Source: Tubulanus polymorphus (Eukaryota; Animalia; Nemertea). From it: DNA of 64,000 nucleotides. Each line of letters starts with the position of its first letter. Position 1 is the stretch's first letter. The stretch spans positions 4,030,001-4,094,000 of the forward strand of contig NC_134031.1 of assembly GCF_964204645.1 (NCBI RefSeq), in the 5' to 3' direction. The notes beneath the pieces are model-generated. The model did not search any database. It saw nothing but the letters and a program-made list of their open reading frames with translations, and was not told the origin of the DNA. Below, piece after piece: positions 1 through 12,000 of this stretch. Made by a program: the position numbers and the translations under genes.

Positions 1-3000
1 AGGTCGTCTGCGTCGTCGGAGATTGCGACGAGTTGGGCAACTGGGATCCTCATTGCGCGGTCGAACTCGGTCGCGACCATCGCTCGCATCAAAGGTAGGC
101 CGAATATTCTTTGTTTCGATAGATTGAATAAGATTTGTTATGACTATTTGAACGGACTCGAAAATCCAGCAACAAGTCACAGGACGAACGATATTGCATT
201 TCATAGAAGACCGATTTATTCTGTTGTACTGGTAACAATGAACTTTTAATTGTCGCGACGTCAACTATCCACTGGTTGACTCTAACCAACTTATAAGCAA
301 ATGACCCCTAGTTGTTATTCATAGCCTTTTAATGATCTCCTAGGCCCGGTTTATATAGACTGGTATTACACATTTAACTCGGGGGCTAACTCAATTGAAA
401 ATGAATTTAGTTAGCCCGAGGTTAAAGGCAACGCGTAGTCTATAAAACCGGTCCCTGGTTTTATAGTCAATTCCTATTTTCGCCTCTTTATAGCCTAAAA
501 GCACCCAGTAGGACTACCATTATTTAACACGGACGTCGAATATTATGCTGGCGTGTTGCCAAAGATGGAATAATGCTATTAACCTCTATGATCACCAGTA
601 ATCATTGATGAGATATCTGTCCTAGTTTAGCCATACATATATCTCCTAATACATTTTAGCTATTGCAATTAACTGAACCGTCCTTGTTTGTATTATGGGG
701 GGAATAAATTCTAAAATGTAACCAGGGCCCAGTTTCACGAAAGAGTTAATCTCAAATTTTTGGTGTAATTGCCATTGGTTACTTCATGTTTTCAATGAGG
801 ACAACAATTCAAACTTAACCGTTTTAGGCTTAAACTTTTTCGTGAAACTGGGCCCAGGGCCCAGTTTCACAAAAGAGTTTAACTCAAATTTTTGGTGTAA
901 TTGCCATTGGTTACTTCATGTTTTCAATGAGGACAATAATTAAAAACTAAACCGTTTTAGGCTTAAACTTTTTCGTAAGACTGGGCCCTGGCATTTCTCT
1001 TGCACTTCTCAAAACTAACAAGCCAATAAATACTGTAGAACCAAAATTCATGTAAAGCATAAATCATGACCTTAATTAAAGACTTGTTTTTAGATACTCA
1101 ATCAGGTTCGTCACTGGTTGGTTAGAGTGCACAGGTGAACAAACACCTTTGTAATAATGCAATTTCATTTGTCACTATAGCATTTATCCACCAGTTAACT
1201 TTAAGTGTAGCTTAATATGAGCAACTGGCCTCTGGGCCCAGTTTCACGAAAGAGTTAAACTCAAATTTTTGGTGTAATTGCCATTGGTTACTTCGTGTTT
1301 TCAATGCGGACAACAATTCAAACTTAACCGTTTTAGGCTTAAAATTTTTCCTGAAACTGGGCCCTGATCCGGATTTTAATGAGTGTGAATTAAAGACGAC
1401 CATTTGTTTATGTCGTTGTTTTTTTCAATCTCATTCAGCGAGATCTGGTCGCGAGAAATCCGCGTGAAATCGGCCGACATCAAGTATCGATACTTCACGT
1501 GTTTCCTCAAGCAACCGGATAACGAAGACGATAAACAGGTCGATGTTATGATTACGCGATGGGAGACGAATATTCGTCCTCGACGATTCCACGCATTTGG
1601 TGAGTGAATGAAATAATACAGCGTGCCCACGCTTACCCATCCCCTCCCTCGGCAGGGATTCGAACCTGATCGCATCGCTAGACTCAGCCACGGCACGAAA
1701 CCCTGTCGCACTAGACCAGGGGCCGGTCGCATAGTCATGGTTTAGACTAACACCAGTCTAAGACCAACTTAGTTCTATAGCCTATTTAACAACTTAAGAC
1801 AAGTCTTAAGATTTAAGATCGCTTTTGGACATAAGTCACGACAACTGTGCAACTGGCCCCAGGTGTGCAGGTTTGCTTGCAGCACCAATCAGATTGCGCG
1901 TTGTATAATTGCCGAGACGCTAAATAATTACTGGAAAAACCCAGGCTAGAATTAAACGGGATATCTAATTCTTTGCGGGTCAATGAAAACAATATGCACG
2001 TCAGGGAAATGGCCACCCTATAATAGTTATCGCAAAATCAAGGAGTCCTTGACATGAATTTGATATTATGTAACAAAATTGGTTGTGTTTTGAAGTTGAA
2101 ATGTAGATAGCGTGACGACACTCGTGATTTATTTGCATGCGATATTTTTTCCGAAGTCTTGTGCAATTGAACAGAAGATTATCTAGAATTTTTGCGTGCA
2201 AGATTGATTTCTTGGAAATGTAAACATATACATACGTGGTGCTCATGACTATGATAAGAGATTAAGACTAAAGTGCTATATGGTGATGATCCTTTGATAA
2301 CATGAAAATGAAACTTTTTTCGAATTCAAAATATTAGAACAATACACAAATTTCGTTTCCCCTATTGATGATGGGATGGGGGAGAGGACAATTTATGAAT
2401 AAATTCTGTTGCTATCAGGATTCAGGAGCCCTATTTAGGGATTGATAAAGACCAGTTCGGTCTGCCTTCCTCTGAATCATTATTCAGAAACTTGTGCGTG
2501 CGTATTATCATTTACTGGTATCTTCGCCAAGTTTTGCTATGATTCTTCTGATGAGTACCTGTATCTATTCGTGTTTTACTTACTGTATCTGGTCGGTTGT
2601 TTTTTCAGGTATCGCCGGAAATTCATCTGACTACGAACAGGAAAGCGGAGCTGCTATATTTGGTCGTTATGGTAAGCGATTTTAGGAAGTTAAGCTTAGA
2701 TAAGGAATTGAAAGTCAATTCGATGGCACCCAGTTGCTGAGTTGCTGGCTTATATTCTAATCTGAATTGTAAAATAGCGAAAATAACAAAATCTTTGATT
2801 ATTGATTTTTCCTTAATCGAAAAAATCAATGCTTTGTTCCGGATGTTTCATGCTGAAAAAAAAAAAATTGAATCTTCGAAAGTGTTTGGACATTTAAAAT
2901 CTCTTGATTCGTATGTTCTGTGAACCTGGATTTTGAAGCTAGATTTTTCTGAAAAAAAAAAAATAGACGGACGGCAGAAGATCGGCAAAGGATGGTTGAC

Positions 3001-6000
3001 CGGGCAAACTGAAATACAGCTGAGACTTTATAACAATCCGATCGTGATGTGGAAACAGAGTCGAAAACGTCAGCGTTATCAAGTGGCTTGTAAAACCATG
3101 GATCTGCGTTATACTGACGTGAGTAATAAGACCCTTCCGACTGACTATTGTTTTGTTACAGAGAAGACGAATCGTTATATCAGGTCGTAGGATCAAATGA
3201 GTCGATTCTTATAGAATGGTTTGTGAGAGGTATTTGGTTGATATCAAATTCTGCCATGCACCTCGTCATGAAACCATATATTTGTGGTTAATCAGGAAAC
3301 CATATACATATTGTTTATCTAGATTCAGCCTTTATATTTTGATAATATCTGATGGGCCTATGTGTTGCTATTTTTTTCTGCTGACAATTGTCGAAGTTCA
3401 AAAGACAGGTTTTTGTTAATTGCGCCGTTGAATCGCTGAGATTTGATCGGCAGCTTGAGTTGAGCCGTGATCATGGTGAACATGCTGTTTAGATTGAAAT
3501 TTCAATGAAATTTATAAATCGAATCACGATTCATGAGTGACTTTTTAAAAGTCAGTACAGCGATCAGTCGTGTACCAGTAATCACTTGTGCACGCTCTTA
3601 ATATAGAATTCACTTATGTTCATACAGGATTAGGCTGCACCGATCATTGCACCAAGGCTACACTTGAATTAAGTTTGGTATTTTCAGCTTAACTCGCTGG
3701 CCCTAAATTCCATCGATGTCAAACTTGTTTAGCTACAATGCTACAGATATAGATAGCACTTTTAACGTGAACAGACTTTTCATTTCGAACTGCAAATTGA
3801 AAACGAATTAAAATCAGCTGATTATTTGCGATATGGCCTCAGCTCCGCGCCGAAATTAGACGATCTTATCGATCGGTAGTTCTTATACGCACAGCTTTAT
3901 CTTCGTGATACTTGAACAGAACAATACGAGATATCAATGATAATCGGTGCATTGTGTCAGAAAGCACGGTGCACTTATTCCTGTTAATTCCAGTCGCCAA
4001 AAATGTACAGGTCTTATCTAATTACGCTAGATAAACTTTAGACATGTACAGATCAAATATATACATCGTTTATTTCATTGTTTACTGTCAAAAAAGCCAA
4101 TCGGCCAGTGTACAGACAGCCTCATAGTATAGATATTTAGTTTCCTTTGTGATGTAGGTGCTTTAAGTACGTGCCTCCCTGAAATTGTACTTTATGAGTG
4201 TACCACTGTAAAATCAAACCTATTTAATATCTCATCTAATTTTAGAATTTTCTATGAAATAAGTTTTTCTCGTGTTGAAATTTTTTGCACATCCTGAATG
4301 TATTGTGTGGTATGGATGGCAGCATCATGGCTATAGATTGAGACTCCTCGGTCGAATGAGGAACAAATTGATGTTTCACTTGTGTTGATGTAATTTTGAT
4401 CCTGCAATAATGCATTGTTTGTATTGTATATAGAGGCTTTTTGGTGTGTCATCTGGTTGATACCTGACAACATTTCTCAAGTCAAGTAATTTTGATGCGT
4501 TGTTTGTATTGTATATAGACGCTTTTTGGGTGTGCCGCCTAGCGCCTCTAAAAACGCTGTTTTCCAGCGACATTTCCTTGAAGATGACCTCATAAATGAG
4601 GAACGGGGTCGAAATTTAAAAAAGTGTCTTGACAAAATCTAGCCATTGGCCATAGCCTAGATACATTTCAAAATGCAATGGGAGCTAAAACACAATTTCG
4701 GAGTTTGTGCTTGAGTCCGAGAATCGTTGTCGCCTAATGGCTTTTCATTGCCTTATATGTACTTATTGGATTCCAGGTATCTATGGAACTGGATGATGAA
4801 GACAGTCATGATCAGATACTATCTCCACGAACCGAGCAAAATGTTCAAATCTCTGTAAGTTTCATCAATTTTAGATCACAATGCCGTCATCACTGGGGGC
4901 AGCATTTGTTTATTCCTTCATCGAACGCTTTTTTTTCGTCGTTTAGGTCCTGAATTCAGATTTCAACGAGGATCTAGTGACTCCGAGAACGGCTCCGCAA
5001 TTCGGTACTTTGTACAACGAAGGAGATTTCTTCATATTCAAGGCTCAATCGTTTGAACCGGATAATATGGTTAGTATTATTAAATCCCGAGTCTTGTTTT
5101 TTGCGAGGAGGTTAGGCGTGAATTATCGGTTTTTCGTGGGAAATCAAAACAAATAAAGCCCAAAGCTGACTGTTATAACACTTTAATCAAGATTTTCCTT
5201 GAAATTCAGGGATTTACGTTTAACTTCTATGAAGAAAGCGCCGAAGGCTCGACCGATCCTCCGAGGCATGTCGGATACGCTTACGTTCTTCCCATTAATA
5301 TGAAAGACACTCAAAACATTCGCTCGATACCGATTCACGGAGTCAGACATAAACCTATCGGACAGTTAACTGGTATGTAAAAAGAAAAAAGCTTTAAAAC
5401 CAATTTGCGACTGTGAAAGCAATGCATTTGTGACAACTGAATGCAGAGGGGCATCATAATACATTAGTCTCTGCCTTACTAACAGGGGTGGCCACTGGAA
5501 TTCAGGGAAAAGTCTGGGAATTTTCTTTAGAATAGTCGGGGAACTTAGTAAAAAAGCTTAAAGTCAGGGAAATTTGTTGAGACAAAGTTTCTGTTTATGT
5601 CCTATGTATTTGACTGTGTTGATTGATCGGAATCTTAGCAGATTTAGCGTCAGGGAAAACAACCTACATGTCAGGGAAAAGTCGGAGAAAAAGCAAGTCA
5701 GATAAAAGTGGCCACAAACAAAAGTTTCCTGAGTGGGATATTGAAAAAGCGTGATTTTGTATTTCATTACTTTTTCTAGTCGACTATCTCAAAATCAAAC
5801 CGCTAAAAGATGTAGATCTGAGAAACGATATGAGCGTAACTTACGCTAAACACTGGAAACAACGGCCGTCATTGGAGGTCGGACACAGAGGAATGGGAAG
5901 TTCGTACAGTAAAGAGTAAGTTTCGCAATCGATTTTATCCGCCGTTTGTATCAGATCGAAAATTCGTGGGCGTTATTCTAAATTAAGAACAAAAATCAGA

Positions 6001-9000
6001 AATCTTTTCACTGTTACTTGAATAGTGATCAAATTAGAAATCGAAATAATGATAGAGTTTCTGTCGAAATGCAGAAACTCTTATTTAGGGGAAAATTCTT
6101 GCAGGATTACTAATATAATTGATATGGTTTTATAGCAAGTGGTGTGGGCGAGTGGTTAGAGCGTTTGACTCTGGGAAGCCAAGTTGTGGGTTCGAACCCC
6201 GTACATTACCCAGACACTTATCCTCAATGCCTCTAGTCACCGAGGAGTAAATGGGTACCTGGTCCGATAAGAGTGCCTAACAGCTGCTCGGATGTTACTT
6301 CTCCCCGAGGAGAGATGACTGATAAATGGTTAGAGTTATAGGCCGGGGATAATGATACCAATTTCACAGTGGAAAGGGTGCTATAGAAATTGAATTACTA
6401 TTATTATTACATTGCAAACTGTGCTTCACATCAAATACTCATAATAAGATAGCTGTGGAATTATTCGCGTTAAGCTTTTAAGCTTATTCGAACATTTCAA
6501 CACGTAAATGTTCATTCCATTTTTGGCGGCAGATGTTGCGCGCGGTACGTTTTCTAACGTAAAAGATTTTTATTCTCAACAGCTCTTTTCATAATTGCTT
6601 TCGCTTGTTATCGAACCGGCTGCTGCGTATGACTCAATGAAATTGAATATTGCGACTTGAATAAGCATGCCAATGCATTGATATTTGAATGAAATGATTT
6701 GAATTTTTGAACGATGAAAGGATAGGCAAGTATCATGAAACTAAAGGCCTGTATCATTATTCTTGTATCGTTAGAATCTCTTGATAAAGAATGTCTACTG
6801 TCTCAATTGATGCAAGATATAGAGTTTCGACATTTTTGTGTGGGTACCATCAAATTGTGCTTCGTAAACATCCCGGCTAGACTACAGTGAAAGTATTGCT
6901 GTAATTACTACTGCTGTGTTTTTTTTTTGAGAGAAGGGGTCTCGTAAGGAGCGCCCCCTGTTTATCATCAACCATGCGTTATTATTGTTGTCTTGCAGAT
7001 GTGCAGCAGTCACTGAAAATACGGTAGCGTCACTGAATGCGGCTGGTGGCCACGTAGGTGCCTCGTAAAAAAAACTTCACAGACGCATTCAAATTAACGC
7101 TTTTTAAGCGGACAGTTTGGATGCGTTCGACGCGGTCTGTTATCTTAACATTATCTGGTTACTACTGGGGTCCCTGTTCCACAGTTGCGAATTAAGATTT
7201 GACTCAAAGTTAACTCATTGAAAATGAACTAATTTAATTCAAACTCTAACTCACAACTGTGCAACTGGATCTGGATTACGCTTGGCTACGGTTATGGTTG
7301 ATCACCAAAAAACGATCATAACAGATATCTGATTTGCTTATGATATAATCGTAATATATGCGAGTGAGATCTGCACCTCAGTAGTCTCGAGCCAATTGGT
7401 TCAAATTCAGTGGCTGGGTTTGGATTATTGATGTGTTGTTGATTTCGAAAGTAACCCAGTTGTAAGACAGTTGTCTATAGAATTCTAATTTGTGATGATA
7501 GATTACATTATCATCGAAGTTTCAGTAGACTCCGCTTGCCTCCAATCTTGTCAAACGAATAAATTTCTCCTAGACAAGCGAATTCTGGAGCAGGTGCAGC
7601 GACAATGAGTCATCGTCCTATAAGTCGGGGTAGGAAAACTTTTGATAGAATTTTCGCGGGTATTTTCGCTTCTGTGGCTAGTGGACTAGTCTACTGTGCT
7701 CAGGTGATATCGAGAACCAGATAATGTTAATTCAGATCATTGTTATAAGTAAGATAATTAAGGCTAATGGTTATTCTGAACTTCTATGATTTAACTGTGA
7801 ATGTTCTGCCCGTCTTTTGTCCAGAACTACAAAATACCTGAAGGGATTGCCAATTGCCGATTGCTAGTTGTTGATGTCAAATGCCTGCTGTTTGCCTATT
7901 GCCAGTTGCATCGGGCCATTCTGCACATACCTAGATATACCAGTCATATGATCCAAAATTGATTCTAGTCCAATTGAAAATAATGATAGCCTAAAAATAA
8001 ACCTTGGCTTATCAGGTCTAACTACTCCCATTATCAATACTTTCTAAAAAGTTTAGGTTTAGGAACATCAACAAAGAGGGCTTTCTGTGTCTTTCAAAAT
8101 CCATCAGTACCATCAAAATCCATCAGAGAAAGAGGGCCAGAAATATATGCATCGACAACTAGCAATCGGTATGCCCCTTCAGTTATTCCGTACAGCATAG
8201 CAGTTTTAATTAATTCCTCACCTCTCCGGAGCTATTTGTTTTGATTGAAGAACAGCGACATCTATCGGATATCTGGCAAATGAAATAACACGAACGGTGA
8301 AGACGTACAAAATGGACAGTGAAAAAAACTGAAATGCTTGGATTCAAATACAGGCTGAAAACCTTAGATGGTTGACAACACCTGTGAATTACCGGGTATC
8401 TAGGAAGCTATCAAATTGTTCGTCCGAGATTCCGATTTGAAAACTCGAAAAATCAAAAATTGATATGGTTTCCTTGCGTTGAAATGCTTGAATAATCAAT
8501 TGTGTGGTTAACCATTGCGATAACAATGCTTTGAACGACATCGATGCGTCGCATTAGGAATTCAATTTCGAATCTCTATTTTCACATGACTCACCTCCTC
8601 CACCACCTCCCACTCTCTCGGATAAAGTTCACCATCCCCACCGTTTCTTTGTTTCAGTGTTTTCTTATTCCGTACACGGTCTTTCACATTATCTTCGTAT
8701 GTTTATTTACAGGGCGCGGATTACGTTGAATTCGATGTGCAGCTCAGCGCCGATTTCCATCCCGTTATTTATCACGATTTTGAAGTGTGTTTGACGCTCA
8801 GAGGAAAGGTACGTACGTCTCGTTGAAATCCCTTCAGGTGATGACAATCATTTTGACTTCGTTTATTAGGTGCAAATCGCTTCAGAAAACAATATATTCC
8901 CCCATCAAGTAGTGGTACATTGTAAAAAAAAAAACCAACAAACTACTGTAGACTTCGCTCAAGTCGGATCTTTTGGCACCGTAAAAATGTGTGGAGTAGG

Positions 9001-12000
9001 ATGTTATGTATTTCATATGTAGTTTCGCAAAAATATTTCAACAAACATCTGAGTTGAACGGTTATCCGAGTCGATCGGATCCGACTTGGGCGGAGTCTAC
9101 TGTACTCGCTGGACTGCTCGACCACTTGTTAATTAGAATTTTTTTTTCATCAAATCTTCGCTGTTGCTTCGTTTGTTGCATGTGCATGAAAGCAGTACCT
9201 CTTCACAGTGCATCATGTTTTATACGTTCTCTGTTTTCTATTTGCCGCAGAAAAAGAAAGACGAACTTCAATTGTTTAAACTTCCCGTGAAGTCGTTGAC
9301 TTTAGATCAGCTTCATCAGTTGCAAGTGAACCATGTTACCGCTTTAGATAAGGAAAATGGTGAGTACGCGAACACAAAATTCAGTCGTGTCTTCCCTTGA
9401 AGACCCTCTAGTCATGTCTACCCTTGAGTGAAACCAGAAAGTATAACCAATTCCGTATTTTAGCGACAAAAATTGGTTGCGTTTTTTTTTTACATTCGCA
9501 CTAGCGGTCTGTCAATCTGTCAAAACTAAATCGGTGTTTATGCCTTGTTCAGTAACTACTGGACTAGTTTAGTTTTGTACCGTCGTTAAAATTGAAGCGC
9601 TGAACCGCTTGTGTTTGATATCATCGATTGATAAGATTCCTCATTTCAGATTACGATGATCATCAAATCTTGCAACGACAAATCATCCCGAAAGTCTATT
9701 TTAGGCTTATTATTTTTCAGATTTGCATAAAGAGGACGAAGATCCGCTGGAGCACCAACCATTCCCGACGCTGCAGACGTGTTTGGAACAGATCGATCCT
9801 CATACCGGATTCAATGTTGAAATTAAATATCCAATGGCCTTAGTGGTAATTAGATTCTATTGTGAAATTAGTGTGTCAGCCGAAATTCTATAACAGGGCG
9901 GCCACTGACCTGGAAAACTTAGACAGGGAATCAGAAAAATCTAGAAAAAATCAGGGTAACCTTCAGGAATTTGACAAATTTTACAAAAATCCTGGAAAAC
10001 TCAGGGATTTTGGATATGCTATTGACCATGCAAATTTCCCTTATCAATACATGATTTATAAACACAATGAATAAATTGTTACATATTTAACCAAGAAATT
10101 CCTCATATTAACGCAGGGAATGTGTTTGTGTTATAACGGAGGTTAATGTGTCAACCAAAATTCTATAACACGGTGGCCACTGACCTAGAAACCTGGAAAA
10201 TTAGGAATCAGAAAATCAGGGAAAACTTGGGGAATTTGACTGGGAATTTGGATATGCTATCGACCAGGCAAATTTTCTTCATCAATACATATTATAAAAA
10301 TAATGAATGAATTGTTACATTTTAAACCAAGAAATTCCGCATATTTACTAAGCGAGTTTTGTGTGGAAAACTCATGGAAAACTTGGGGATTTTGTAAATT
10401 ATTGAAAAATGTTTATTTTCATATGAACTAAATGGTTTTTTTTTGTTCATTTTTAGGACGGAACGCATGAGCAAAGTCCGTTCTTTGATCAAAACTTGTA
10501 CGTCGATATAATATTGACGACGCTGCTGAGATACGCCGGTAACAGACGAATCATTTTCTCCTGTTTCGAACCTGATATCTGCGCGATGTAAGTAACACCG
10601 ATCTAAAACTGAAATAAACGTGAACAAATTAACATTAATGCTATACGGTATAAGCGTTACCATATGAAAGATCATCGAACTCTTTTTAACCAATATTTTC
10701 GTCGAAAAAGGATCCTTAGAATGCCTCGTCAAAATGAGTCCAGTCACCTCACTTTTCACATTGTTGGCAACATTTCTTGAATATAAGATTTTTCTCCTTG
10801 GAAGGAAAAAAACCGGCATAAGTGAATTCAAATCTATTTTCTGATAAAGGATTGAAATCGTTTGAGTTGGAAAATGATGTTGCTTTTTAATATGCATGTT
10901 TTAAGTTAATTGTTCTTCTACGCCTTGGAAACTCTTAGTTATTTTTCTCTTAGTACATTTATGAAATTTCCACGCGGCAGTTAAGATCACAGCAACAACG
11001 ATAAAACTTCAATTTAGGATTCATCAATTTTCAGAAGTTTACGGAGATAGAGAGTCAAAGCCCCTGTGCCCAGTTTTATAGACAGGTATTACCTTTAACC
11101 CGGGGGCTAGCTAAATTGAAAATGAATTAAGTTAGCCCTCGGGTTAAAGGTAATACTGGTCTGTAAAACCAGTCCCTGGAAATTAGGATTGTCTTCTTAA
11201 AATCGGGAACCGTGCGACTATCATACCTCCTGCTTTGATGAATCCTCAATCTAATCAATCGTTTATTATCGCTGTGTGGTTCGTGTTTCAGTCTTCTGTC
11301 AGTTAAATCGTTAACATTTTAGGCTACGGTTAAAACAGAATCGTTACCCGGTGCAGATTCTGACTAATGGCTGGAGAAAACGTGTGGACTTGAGAACGTC
11401 GAGTCCATTGATGGCAGCTCAGACTGCCCTGGTTTATGATTGTCTGGTGAGAGACGTATTCGCTTACTCTATCTGTTCTGTGTCATTATTTTCATTTGTT
11501 CGTCTGGAAAAAAAAACCAATTTACAGAATGAAGAACTACGGGGGCCGATACGGAACAGTTTTAACTTTAAACCGGGTATCTCTCACGGTTAAACCTTTC
11601 CTGAAAATGGCCCCTGTTGAAAAGAAATTTTGCTCGAGTTTCGTACAATTTTAAAGATGAAATTAACTAAAACTGAAAATCTCTTGGCTTATCGATTCAG
11701 CAGAGTTGAAGGAAAATTTGTTTTGGATTTCGGACTCTCGACACGCATTAACCCAACCCAGTGCAACTTGCCTGTGGCAATCTAAGCGAACTGATTTGGA
11801 ACGAGGTTGTGTACAGCATGTTCCAGTTCATTTCCCTTAGTTACTATCTCTTTTCTGAATTGTTTTTGTGTGTTGCACATATTATGTTTTGCTGTGAGAA
11901 TATCCCTGCTTTGCTTCATTGATGATATGCATTTTGAAACACCAGTACTTACAAAATATTAGTTGCACGCATTTCTCAACTGTGTTCTATGTTCTCATGT

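Noticed and set aside
725-1364. CRISPR-like or satellite array
   Set aside because: The units are TIR-bounded MITEs without unique spacers, in a eukaryotic intron.
6135-6210. tRNA gene
   Set aside because: A and B boxes are present but there is no closed cloverleaf, and it continues into a SINE body and tail.
8253-8268. CTCF-like motif (reverse strand CCGATAGATGTCGCTG)
   Set aside because: A single motif match with no supporting evidence.
10322-10897. 191-aa minus-strand ORF
   Set aside because: Antisense to GPCPD1 exon 10457-10587 plus repeat and intron sequence; no recognisable domain.
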